Shown here one piece after another: positions 24,275-36,361 of a stretch of DNA of 64,000 nt. The translations under genes and the position numbers were made by a program. Position 1 is the first letter of the stretch; every line of letters starts with the position of its first letter. Under the pieces are notes generated by a model. The model made no database searches. It was not told the origin of the DNA and was given only the letters and a program-made list of their open reading frames with translations. The stretch is from Neodothiora populina (lineage: Eukaryota). The stretch is taken from NCBI RefSeq assembly GCF_041146345.1, contig NW_027191404.1, forward strand, positions 1,240,001 through 1,304,000. The letters run 5' to 3'.

Positions 24275-26883
24275 CTATGCCAGATACCTGTAAGAAGGTA
24301 CGGCAGCCTCTTCGATGCGCTCCATATACTCGCGCTCGATCAGACTCTCAATCTTCTTCTTGATCATGTTGACGTCGGGCTTGAACTGCCCGCTGAGTTG
24401 CGTCAGAGTCTCCGTCAAGACTTGCGAGTGTGAGAGTTCTTTGCGTTGTCTGTCGAATCACACATGTCAGCGATGTCGATGGGGTAAAACAGAATGACAA
24501 AAGGAAACATACTTCATGATTCGAACAATGGCCGCCTCCACAACATAGCCTCGCGAGTCATTGTTCTTCTTCTCCGTCACTTTTCGCTCCGTGTCTGTCT
24601 CGACCTTGTTGGCGGCCGACACGACGCCGACCTTGATCTTGACGAATTTGCTCTGGAAAGCTTCGTTGAACACAAAGCGATCCGTCGGCTTGACGTCCTT
24701 GGTCATCGGCTCCTTGAGCAGAATTCGAGTCTTGGGCGCCACCGCCAGTGATTGTAGATTACGCACGAGCTCGTTGCTTGGGATGTTTGTGCGTGCTTGG
24801 ATCTCTTCAAAGGTCAGAGCCTCGCCCGCCGGTAGATCGTTGAACAGTGTCAACACAATCATGGCGTACGTCGAAACGTTGATCTCATGAGTCCGCGACC
24901 TCGTGCCCTCTTTGCTAGGCACTTTGGGGAAGGTCGCCTTGATGTCCGCGGTTCCCATGTTCGCCTGCCAGCTCAACACACGGCCGGAGTAGCGTTGCGC
25001 GTAGAATTTCTCGAAACTCGTCTTGATCTTCTCGACTGCGGGCGGGAATATCGTTCTCATCTTGGCATCTCGCTCATCGTCCAGACCACGCATCGTCTCG
25101 AGGGGCCACGTCATACTGGTGAGGACATGGATAGACAGATCGATGCGCTTCGGGTCTGCCTCGCCGAGGCGAGCGATGTGTTGGTTGTACTTGGCCGTGA
25201 GCTCCTCTGACAACGTCATATCCTTGAACATGGCCTCGAGCTTGACGGTGAAGCTGTTACCGAGCTCGATCTTCATGCGTGAGATCATCGACTTTTCCAC
25301 ATCGATGCTCAGAGACCGGCCCATAAGCAGACGTTTGCACAGGTGCTTTTTGTAGTAGGTCTCGAAGACGTCCTTGTCCTGGAGGTAGCGTAGCAAGACG
25401 ATGGCCTTCTCGAGCACTGCATCAATCTCTTCCTCCGTCTTGCCCTTGATTCCCTTCTTCATGTTGTCGTCGATAAACAAAGAGATGTACTCGGCGCTAC
25501 GGTTGAAGGCGTTGATGACATCGGAAAGACTGCGAGTCAGGGCGGATTGAAGAACCTGGTCCGAGTGGAATGCGACTCTCCATATGCGGTCGAAGCGGTC
25601 CTTCATGGCGAGCACATCTTCCACCCATCTCAGCGCAGCCACAGTCTGCTGGTTGACGGCCTTTTCCACGGGTGCCTTTGCTTTTTCTTCGCCTTCTTCT
25701 GCCGGAGCGCCTGGCTGCGCAGTGGGTAAGGCGAGGGCGCCATTATTCACCAGAGTCCCGGAATCGATGATGATCTTTTGTATCGCCTTGGTCAACTCCG
25801 GCTTCCTTGCGTCCACCCTGCTCTCCAGATCAAAGACCAAGGCCAGATCTTGGTGTTTCTCGTTGTTCACCATGAACTGCACCCCGCTGTCCATCTCGAT
25901 CAGACCCTTTATTTTGTTTCGGATCAGCTCGTCCTCGACGACTTTGGTTATCCGGGGCGCAGTCGTCTCTGACAAAGTTGATCGGCATCTGTCCAGCTCC
26001 TCGTCTATTCTCATCCTTGTGTGTCTGCAGTATGTGCCCGCGTCTGACTCTTGCAACAATCGCTCGCCCTCCCGACGATAGAACTCGGTGCTGCTGCTCA
26101 AGAAGGGCCCCTCGAAGTATCTGAGATATATCTTGTCGTCCTCGGCCTCGGAGTCCGACTCGAACAGGCCCTCCAACATGGAAACATTTGCTTTTATGAG
26201 TGATTTGTCAATGCTCTCTCCCTCTCGGTCCATGTGAATCTGATCCAAGATGATCGAGTTGAGGATGTCGAGAAAAGTGCGATTGTCGTCTTGAGCAGCC
26301 GAGACTCGAGCGCAAAGGATCTGGTCGCGGAACAAACTCATGGCTTTTGTGAAGATGGATGGCTGCCTGGTGTCGGTGCAGTATACGCGGTCCATGTACA
26401 TCAATACGTCTGTCAACATGGCCATGGCGACCTGATGATCTGTCCATGATTCCTTCAGCGACTGCAATAGCCTCATGCCAGCCTCTCGCCTCTCCAGCGA
26501 CGTTGCGCTTCCGCCGGCGACCTGATCGCTTGGGTCCAGTAATAATGTGCTGACCAGCAGATCGTAGATGTTTTTGCGCACCGTCTCGCCGAGCCATTTT
26601 CTCTCGAAGGCGACGACATTTTGGTAGAGATCCTCGCCCTTTTTCCGGAGGACCAGCTTATAGGCGTTGCGATAGAGGGTTTCGAAACTCAGACTCGAGG
26701 CGTTCTTGGTGTGGATCTCGCGAAAGGCAGACTCGAGCTCGCCCCAAGCCGTGTCGAAGTCGAGATCCGAGGCATTTGCCAGTCCCTGATGGTCAAGTCA
26801 GGTTAATCTGTCTTCTCTGAGGACTTGGTGGTTGCACTTACTCTTCTCGGAGCGCGAACCTTTATCCGACCTGGTCGACTCAT
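24275..26883 (-). CDS. CUL3: Cullin-3; exons 26883-26842, 26785-24513, 24449-24275
   Basis: Start MSRPGRIKVRAPRR. Motifs LSFETLYRNAY, DVLMYMDRVY, DKDVFETYYKKHL. Neddylation motif EAAIVRIMK|QRK and terminal IESLIEREY...YRYLA*. Confidence 0.95.
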
Positions 26884-27664
26884 GTTCTGTGTATTTGTGT
26901 ATACGTATATGTATGAAGACCACAAACGGTCGGCTGTGGAAAACAAAAAGTCTCGCGCCCAGCCAGCAGCGGTGGTATAGTGGCGGGGTATGGTGGCCTT
27001 GCGATGGCAGCTTCGTGTATAGAAAGTAAGGGCCCCCTCGCGACTAACAAAGCATGTGTGGCGGGATGGCGGAGCAGGATTACCTTACTGTATGCAATAG
27101 CCGTAAAGATCAGACGAAGCTTATGATATACTAATCTTTGGTAATCTTCGAAAGTGAGGAAAAGGAGGAAAGAACTAGAGAGACAAGAGTGAAGACAGAA
27201 CAAAAGAATGCATCTACTTGAGTTAGCCTATTACAGTAGCTGTAGGTACTGTGAGTACCTTACTTACAGTTACTCCACCAGCATTTAGAGTGACGGCGAA
27301 GGCGCCAGGCACATGCAGTACTACCTTAGTAGAGCACAATCAGGGTATAGCCGTTTTCGGCAAGGACACCGTCAGCCTGCGTTCCTACCTCCGGAACTTC
27401 TACTACTTGTGCTCTAGAATCTAGAAATGAGAGGCTCTTGGGAAGTGTGGACCGTGCAGAGCGTGGTCCCTTGTTCTTTCTCTTTATGCCATGACGTCGC
27501 TGCCAATTCTTTCTCCGTGCTTCGAGGTCCTCACTAAAGAATGTAAAGAAGGTATCTGTCCCTCTAACAAAGTAATTACCCGAATCTCGAAAACAGCCAT
27601 ACCGTAGCGTACATTCTTCGTCCTCCTCTGTAGACTCACCACAACCACCACCACCACCATCACA

Positions 27665-28380
27665 ATGAACAGCATCACATTAACAAAGACTCTTCGACAA
27701 GCGACCTCTTCCTCGACAAGAGTCCTCTCCACTCCTCCTCCTGCTCTTCCTCCTGCTCTTCCTCCTGCTCTTCCTCCTGCTCTTCCTCGCCTACCGAGTA
27801 ATCTATCACGAAGATGGCTACACAACCACTCCCCGTCACCACCACCTCACCACCTGGGCACCACCCACCTACTCCGCCGCTCGTCCCCCATCAAATCCCA
27901 ACGCCAACAACGCCGCCACGAATCATCAGCAACAGGTCCCAAACCGCTCACCGACCGCCCAGACGTAGCCCCCGAACCCGCCCAACCGCGCGAACCGGTC
28001 CCGTCGTACGAAATGACCTTCACGTGCAAAGTGTGTTCGGACCGCAGCACGCATCGCATCACGAAACAGGGCTATCATCACGGCACGATATTGATTTCTT
28101 GCCCCGGGTGCAAGAATCGGCATTTGATTAGTGATCACATGAAGGTGAGTGCTTACACTATTCTAGCAGGAAAAGGAGAGGAAAGGAGGAAGAAAGTGTG
28201 GGAATGGGATGGCAGTTGGCTGATGATGATGGTTCACAGATCTTTTCGGATACCTCCCTCACCATGGAGGACATCTTGCGCGAAAAGGGTCAGCTGCTGA
28301 AGAAGGGCGCCACAGACGGCGATGTCGAGTTCTGGGATGATGGCACTCAGACCGAGAGGAAGAAGCCCGAGGACAGGTGA
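27665..28380 (+). CDS. ZIM17: Mitochondrial DNL zinc-finger Hsp70 escort protein (Zim17/Tim15/Hep1); intron 28145-28239
   Basis: FTCKVC...ITKQGYHHGTILISCPGCKNRHLISDHMK|IFSD...TMEDILREKG. Arg/Ser-rich presequence-like N-terminus. Confidence 0.92.
27737..27787 (+). repeat. 12-bp tandem repeat (CCTCCTGCTCTT)x4 encoding (PPAL)4
   Basis: Perfect tandem copies in the ZIM17 N-terminal region. Confidence 0.9.
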
Positions 28381-28629
28381 ATCTTGAGTCATTACTCACA
28401 TCTGGACCCGGAAGGATAATAGAGGGGAGCTTGTGCAGGACTGCGCTTGTAAGAATAGACCCGTCGGTGCCTTGCTTTGCAGGGAAAAGATAGATGACGC
28501 GAAAAATCATGCAGCGATTGGGCGAAGACATCCTTTTCGTGAAGAAGAGCATTTTCTTTCCTTTTCTTTTAGCAATCATACAGAAGAAGACGGGACATGC
28601 ATATAATCCAGACGACCGAGACAAAGAAT

Positions 28630-30285
28630 CTACGCTTTTCTGCCGATGCTCACGTCGAGCTTGCTCACCACCCAGGCGAAGCTGAACGTGCCCAGCACTG
28701 ATGCGAAAATGACAGTTGGCTTTCTGAAGCCTGCCATGAATGGGTAGTCATATGTGACCTTTGAAGATAAATCAGCTGAATGAGAATGGAAAAAGCAGGC
28801 TGTCCGGGATGTGGATACGTACAATGACGTCTCTGTCTCTGAAGTCATCGACCACGTTCAGGGCGGTCAACTTGAGCGTCGTGCGTCCAAGAGTGTCCAT
28901 GAATGTACGGTGCATGTCGAGCTTCTCGCCGATGAGCGGCATCGAGGTCTCGTACTTGACGTTGCTGCAATCATGTCAGTATTCAATTGATGCGATGGTG
29001 CTGATTGTTAGACTCACGTGGCACCCTCGGGCAGGACGATTCTGAGCACGACCTTCTCGTACTCGACGCCCTCGCCTTGCTTGGGACCCTCGATAAAAGG
29101 AACCTTGAGCACGTAACCATCTCCCGTCTTGAGCTTCCTCAAAAAGTTCTTGAGGTTCGAGTCCCAGCCGACTCTGAAAGAGTACTTCCATCCTCCGAAA
29201 ATAGGGTAGCGAGGTCTCAGCTCCAAAAGTCCCTCCTTGGCATTGTTGACTGGGCGGAAACGCGAAGTGCTGACATTGCCAATGTCGTCGATGAAGTACG
29301 GGTCGGTGCTTCCGATCATGACAGGGTACTGGAACTCCTTGAGTGCCGAGGTGGCTGGGTGGTAGTACTGCATCTGCTGCCATGCAACACGAGAGAACTG
29401 CGCCTTCAGCGTGGCACCGCGGTTCTCGAACCAGTGACGCTCCTCGGTCGCAAGGTTGCCTCCCCAGTGGCTGACTTCGACGTCACGCTCAAGCAGAGTG
29501 GAGTGAAGCAGAGGCTTGGTGAATTCGTATCTGATGGCTGCGACGTAGGTGGCTCCGGCTGGGATGTCGGTGTAGGGTCCATAAGTAAAAGTGGCGCCCT
29601 GCTTCTGCGGGTCATCCTTGCCGTCCTCGTTGACACCTAGAGTAGTGTATTCCGGTGCGTCGGTGGAAGGCAGCTTGACCTTGGTCTTCTGCTTGAGTGT
29701 CTTGTAGGCAGAGGGCACGTAGGCGCTGAAACCAAACTGAACGTATTGCTTGTCTGCTTGGTTGATGCTGGCAGGGACAGGCTTCAGGGCTGACAGAATA
29801 GAATAGGTGATGGAAAGAGTGACCTTTTGCTTGGGTTCGAGTGAAACGGGAAACGTGATGAGGAAGTACTCTTCCGGGCTGTATCAATTTGTCAGATCTC
29901 GGTCTTTCAATTGACAGTAGAATAACAAGTACCTGTACGTGTCGTAACCCACAATGTAAGGCTGAGGGTAAACCAGATCGGGCCTGTTCTTCTCCTTGAC
30001 CTCGAGGCCTCCAACTCTTGCGATGATGCTTTGCTCAAAGGGCAAGTAGTACTCAAACTGCGGCCTATCATCCACATTCTCCACCACGACATTGATGGTC
30101 TCACGAGAGTATTCCTTCTCGAGGTTGATCGTTCGCACGAGATTGGTGTGCTGGAACACCTGCTGGGGCTTGAAGGTGCTGGAGAGTATCTGCTTGGAGA
30201 CTTCCGGAACGGTGAGATTGGACTCTGCCTGCGCAAATGGAAGTAGAGCTGCGGCGCAGCTTGCGAGCAGACTTAACGACCTCAT
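28630..30285 (-). CDS. OST1: Oligosaccharyltransferase alpha subunit (ribophorin I); introns 29932-29879, 29017-28965, 28822-28759
   Basis: Signal peptide; motifs LERDVEVSHWGGNL, YFIDDIGNVSTSRFR, LELRPRYPIFGGW; C-terminal TM followed by KLDVSIGRKA*. Confidence 0.95.
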
Positions 30286-30705
30286 TGTGTCTGCTACCGT
30301 AGAAGGGGTGATTACTACAGTATGGACAGCGCCTCAGACAGGGACGGCGGACCAGGTGTGTATAGTAGAGAGAGCTTGGCGTTGTCGCACTGCACCTTCC
30401 TTGGAGCTGATGCGTGTCATTCTCGGCTAATCTTTCCTCTTTCCTCCACATGGAAGTTTGGTCTGGTCTGTATTGTCCCGAGGTTGGCAGCTGCAGTATA
30501 AGATAAGCTGCTCTTATCTCTTTATCGCCTTTATCACTGCCTGTAATGCACTTCAGTGAATAGTACCCACTCTGGTAATCAAGACACGTTCTCTATATAT
30601 AATCTTCTTTCGCCCAGCATTGTGTATCCTCATCTTTTATTTGACCGTTCTTAGTTGACGCGTGCTTGTCTTCTTCTCTGATTATCATCATAATATCTTC
30701 TCTAT

Positions 30706-33172
30706 ATGTCCAGGCCAATTCACAATGTGGCGCGCTGCCACAAACGATATATCCCAACAGTACCTACCACTAGCCGGAGATGTCTTTCTGTAAAGAGTCC
30801 CTTTCTACGAGTCTCCGAAGAGGTACAGCAAGCCATCTCAGAAGGACAACCTGTCGTTGCACTGGAAAGCACAATCTATACACATGGCTTTCCCTACCCT
30901 GACAACATCGCTCTTGCATCCCATCTCGAGAGCACGGTCCGAGTGGCGGGGGGTGTACCTGCCACCATAGGCATCTTGGATGGAGTTGCTCGTGTCGGCC
31001 TGACTGCAGAGGAGGTCATCCGTCTTGCGGGTACTTCAGGCAACCCAGACACCCTCAAGGTGTCACGTCGAGATCTTGGTTTTGCATGTGGTCTGGGCTC
31101 TCCGGGTCGTCGCTACAATGGCGGCACCACCGTCTCAGGTACAATGATCTTGGCAGCGGCAGCTGGCATCAAGGTCTTCGCTACAGGTGGCTTGGGAGGT
31201 GCACATAGAGGCGCAGAAGACAGCATGGACGTTTCTGCAGATCTGACTGAGCTTGGTCGTACCCCAGTAGCTGTCATCAGCAGTGGCTGCAAGAGCTTCC
31301 TTGACATTGGAAGAACTCTCGAGTACTTGGAAACCGAGGGCGTCCCTGTTGCTACTTTTGCAGATGGCCGCAGCGGATCTGTAGACTTTCCTGCTTTCTG
31401 GACACGTGATAGTGGAATCAAGAGCCCAATGATATTGCCAGACGAGAAGACTGCAGCTGCTGTCATCTATGCGCAACAGTCGCTAGGCCTTCAGACTGGT
31501 CTGCTATTTGCAAACCCCATCTCCGAGCAGTTCAGCATCCCCAAAGACGAGATGGATGCTATCATCGAAGTGGCCATTGAAGAAGCAGCTGCCGCAGGTT
31601 TCACTGGTAGTCGTAACACGCCATTCATCCTGGCCAAGATCAAGGAATTGACAAAAAGCAAGAGTGTCCCTGCGAACCGCGCACTGATTGAAGGAAACGT
31701 GAAGAGAGGTACGCTTGTGGCAAAGGAGCTCATGAAGCTGGAGGCAGAGGAGAAGGGTTTCACCTCGTGAGTGAGGAGCTTCGAATAAGTCTCGTAGACT
31801 GGAGACTGATGCGAGAAGGGCGTTCCAACCGGCACCCATATCAAAAACCGTAGTAGGACCTGCTGCGACCAACTTCAACCAATCCGGTACCTCAAAAGGT
31901 GTTTTTAAGGCATCAGATGCTCCCAGGACAGCCCCTTCCACCGAATTGAAAACCCCAAATGTGTTTGTTGCTGGTGCTCTAGCAGTAGATCTCAACTGCG
32001 ATTATGCGCCACTCTCGTCCTCTGTGAGCAAGGCACCCATTCTCGAGACCTCCAATCCTGCAAGGATCAACCAGTCTCTCGGGGGGGTCGCTCACAACGT
32101 CGCTCGAGCAGCCAGTCTCATGGGTGCAAACGTACGTCTCTGTAGTACCGTCGGTGACGACTTGGCAGGCAAAACCGCGCTCCAGGCTCTAGCCATGGAA
32201 GAACTCGAGAACACCGGCATCAAGACACGGCATGGTGGAAGAACAGCACAATATATAGCCGTGAACGATCTCAACAAAGACCTCGTCATCGCAATGGCAG
32301 ACATGAGCATTCTCTCCGAAGCAACCCCCGAACAAGACATTGCGAAAGCAGACCACAGCGACACCTTCAACGACTTCTGGCTCCCTCAACTACAAGACTC
32401 CAGACCATCCCACGTCATCCTAGACGCGAACTGGTCACCAGCAGCACTCGCCCGCTGGCTAGAAGCAAGCAAATCAATCTCCGCACACGTCTCCTTCGAG
32501 CCAGTCAGCACAGCAAAAGCAACCTCCATCTTCCACCTCCCAACCCCTGAAGCCACCCTCCAAGCATACCCTAACCCCTCCATCCACCTCTCGACCCCAA
32601 ACGAGCTAGAGCTATCAGCAATGCACGCCTCAGCGCGATCCCTAGGCTTCTTCGACCGTCAAGACTGGTGGGAAGTGATCGACGCGCTGGGGATCCCCTC
32701 ATCCGGCGCCCGCGTCGCTCTATCTCAAGCAACCACGCCTGCCCTGGTCGACGCTGGCCTCCCGCAGCAATGCATCCAGCTCCTGCCCTTCATCCCGTCC
32801 TTGTGCGTCAAACTCGGCGCTCAGGGCGTGCTGCTCACGCAGCTACTGCCTGCCAATGACGAGCGTCTGTATAAGAGGGAATATCAACCGTATATTCTCA
32901 GCCGATGCAATAATCAGACAGAGGAAACGCTGAGTGTGGGCGGGATATATATGCGTTTGTTCTCTGCCGCAGAAAAGGTCGCTGAGGAACATGTCGTGAG
33001 TGTCAACGGGGTTGGTGATACTTTCCTCGGTGCACTCGTCGCTGGCTTGGCTCGTGGATTGAGTGGCAGACCCGAGGACTTGGTTGATTTGGCGCAGAAG
33101 GCGGCGGTTCTGACACTCAAAAGCAAGGAGGCTGTCAGTCCCCGTATCGCAGAGCTGGTCATGACACGATGA
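30706..33172 (+). CDS. Bifunctional pseudouridine-5'-phosphate glycosidase (PsuG/IndA) + PfkB-family pseudouridine kinase; intron 31767 to about 31815/31818
   Basis: PsuG motifs VALESTIYTHG, GGTTVSGTM, FATGGLGG, DVSADLTELGRTP. PfkB motifs GGVAHNVA, SFEPVS, VNGVGDTFLG. GTGAGT donor, ACTGAT branch and in-frame acceptors. Confidence 0.9.
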
Positions 33173-33677
33173 ACCAACTCCTCAGTCTCCCATTCGTTGC
33201 ATTGTCGGACACCGTCCATGGACACTCTAGCATTGTATCTACGCCACACCGGCGATAGTCAGTGTCTCACTTCGATCTCACATTGACGCATATCGTATAT
33301 ATAGACTTCTGGATCGATCATGATGATCTCAGAGAGCAGATAACTAGATAGTATAATGAGGTAAAGCCAAAAGATTTCGTGTTTCCTAGAGAAGCCACTA
33401 CCGAATGGGCATGTCAGCCTCCATAAATCAGAAAATAAATCAGAAATCGCTGCCCAATCGGACCGCCGCGTCAAAAATTATTGGAAGTTCACTCCATTCG
33501 CAAGAAAATCCGGATAGATCACCATTTCTCCTTCCAAGGAAGCCCATGGATTCGGGACCGACACTTGGTTCTCGGGGAAGAATTCAAGCGTCTCAGCGCT
33601 CAGCAGATGGCGAATGCGCATGGTCGACGAGCTTACTGGTGCTGAAACGTCCTGTTGACGCAGCCTTCACGTCCCCA

Positions 33678-36361
33678 TCAATCCTCTCTGACCGGTCTCC
33701 AGATCTCCTGCATCTCCAGTTTAGTGATGACGCCACCGATGTTCGAGTCTTTTCCGTTCTTGATGTCCATCATATGTCCTTCGACTGTCTTGTCAACGAC
33801 CAAAGTGACCAGCTCGGTCTCGGCCTCCTGACCGATACGATAGATCCTCGCAAAGGCCTGCTGCTCGATTGCCGAATTCCACCTACACAAAGTTAGCTGG
33901 GGTTCATTGTGAAATATACGGACAAGTCTGACGATTCTTCGTACCAATGGTCAAGCAGAATGACCTTTGAGGCAACGGTCAAATTGAGACCAATTCCACC
34001 TGCTCTCAACGATGCTATCAACACCCTTTTCTGGTCTTGATTCTTGAACTCATCGATCGCTTTGTCCTTGGCTTTGGGATTCATACTTCCGTCGTACTTG
34101 ACGTACTTCCATTTCTCTTCTTCGCAGACTTTGGCGAGCACTTTTCCGAAGCCCAGCCATTGAGTGAACCAGACGATCTTGCCTTTCTTGTCCCTTGCGA
34201 GAAAGGCTTGTGTAACGCGTACCAATTCTTTGACTTTGGACGAGCGGTAGATCTTCCCGTGTTTATCGACCCAACTTTTGATGCAACCTTCAACGCGCTG
34301 ATCATGTCTACTCGTGGCTATATCCCTTGCTACACCAAGTCCGGTTTCGGTTCTGTATTGAGCATAGTCCTCGTACTCAAAGATAGCCACCTGGCAATCT
34401 TGGACGATGCAGTGGAAGCCGTAACCGGCAGCGGCGAAACCCTGCATCTCAGAATCTACACATGCTTTGCAGTAGACGTGTTGGCAATTACTGACTTGTG
34501 GATCTCGCGCGGTGTGTTTGCATTTCGAGCACTTCGGATCACCTGCATCAGCCTCGCTTTGTGATGTGAAAGGTCCTGATCCGGAATCCTCGAGCGCCTT
34601 CCAGAGCGATTGTGCCAAAGTCTTATCATCGGGAGATGAGTATTTCTTGGGATCGGAGATAGAACGCAACTTAGCCAAATCCTCGGCCTCGAGCACCTTG
34701 ACCAAGATGCGTTGGAGCATCATCGGATGAGAGACCAATTGACGAGGTCGTAGAAGAAGACCATACATGCGATATCCTAAGTTCTTCGAGTTCTTGGGGT
34801 CTTTGTTCCCCATCACGGCCTCATCATTACCAGTATTTTTCATCAACTCTTTCGCGTATTGACCAAATCTGTTGTGGATGATGCCATAGACCTTTGATTC
34901 GAGAGGGGAAAGCTGAATCGTTGTGTAAGTATGTGTCATCTTGGGCAGATCAACAAGCCTTTTGCCAAAGAGTTTGTTCGCGTAAGTGCGACGTATAGTG
35001 CACTTTGAAAGAGGACCGAGTAACATCTTTGCTATGTCCTTTGGATCCGAACTTTTGAAAATCGCCTTGTCGGATGCCAATGGATGTTTGAGGAATTGGA
35101 GGACTGCATAAAGATCAGAAAGTCTGTTTATGAGCGGCGTTCCTGTCAAAGCCCAGTGGCGAGTGGCATGCAACTCTCGACACGCATTCGAAACCACACA
35201 TTTATCGTTTCTGATGACATGTGCTTCGTCCAGGCAAACTCGGAGAAATTCCGCCCTGTGAAGAAGGCCCTGTGCTTTCTGATCGCCTTTTCTTTGGTTG
35301 AAACTGTCCACAACCTCGGAAGTGGTAGTAAGTATAATATCAGCTCCATTCAGCTCTTCTAACGCGTTCATGGTGTCCTTTTCGGGCTCTTTGCCACGCC
35401 AGAAGACATACTTTCCGATCCCTGGCCCTTTCTTGGAGGAATCGATAGATATACAGTGATCTCTGATCTCCTGCTGCCATTGACGGAAGGTGTTTGGCAT
35501 GCAGATCACCAGAGTCGCGCGAATCTTGACGTGTGGTGGAGGGCGACAAGCTGCAATCACTGCAAGGGTCTCTATGGTTTTTCCCAGGCCCATTTGGTCT
35601 GCAAGAAGGACACCACTAGTACTCTTTTCGATCATGATTCCACGGCCAGCGGCAACCACTTGATGGGAATACAATCCGGTTCGAATTCCAGGGACTTTCC
35701 AAACACCTCCCGACTCGGGCTTCACACTTCCTCTTCCAAATGCCCTGCAACATGCCACGAATTCGGTTTTCTGGCGTCTGGCTCGATACTTTTCATCATC
35801 TGGGAGATCATCAATGATATTTTTGAGTATGCTATCTCTATCTCCGTCGTTGTCAAAAGTTGTGGCATCCGCGAGATTCTCTCCAAGCGCAACATCTTCG
35901 AACAAATCGCTGTCGAATGTGAGTGGATCTTGCGCTCTCGAATGAGCGGCCCGTTTGGCCTTCTTGCGTGGCCTTAGTGGCGTGGAAGGTTGCTCAAGAC
36001 CATGCTTCTGCGGAGCTATGGTGTCGAGGCTTGCGGGAAAGCTTTTTACCGATTCATCAGAGTAAAGAGAATTGGTCGCAGACGTTGGTTGTCCGTCGAA
36101 TTCATTGAACTCATTGCATTCATCCCATGACTTATTGAAATTCAGGACATCGTTCATACCATTGGAGTATGGCAAATCGTTTGCGAATACGTTCTGTTCA
36201 TCGTAGCTATATGGATCCATGACGTCTGTAGGGTAGATAGCAGCAATAAAGGAGCTGACTGTCTCTGTGACTAGGAGAACATCAGTCAAATAAGCATCCT
36301 AGATATTCTCGTGCTAGAACTTACCGTGCTTAAGATCTTCTATCGCTGAGATGTCACTCAT
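33678..36361 (-). CDS. Divergent SNF2-family helicase with inserted RING finger (Rad5/Rad16/Ris1-like group); 3' intron 33944-33883, possible 5' intron 36324-36271
   Basis: Motifs LLADQMGLGKT, LDEAH, WALTGTP, RING-like CSKC...CQHVYCKAC, YDGSM, SLRAGGIGLNLT, and spliced WWNSAIEQQAFARIYRIGQ. The 5' end is uncertain (alternative ATG near 36220). Confidence 0.85.

Noticed and set aside
32565..32580. CCCTAACCC telomere/telomerase-template-like word
   Set aside because: Single occurrence inside the kinase coding exon (YPNP).
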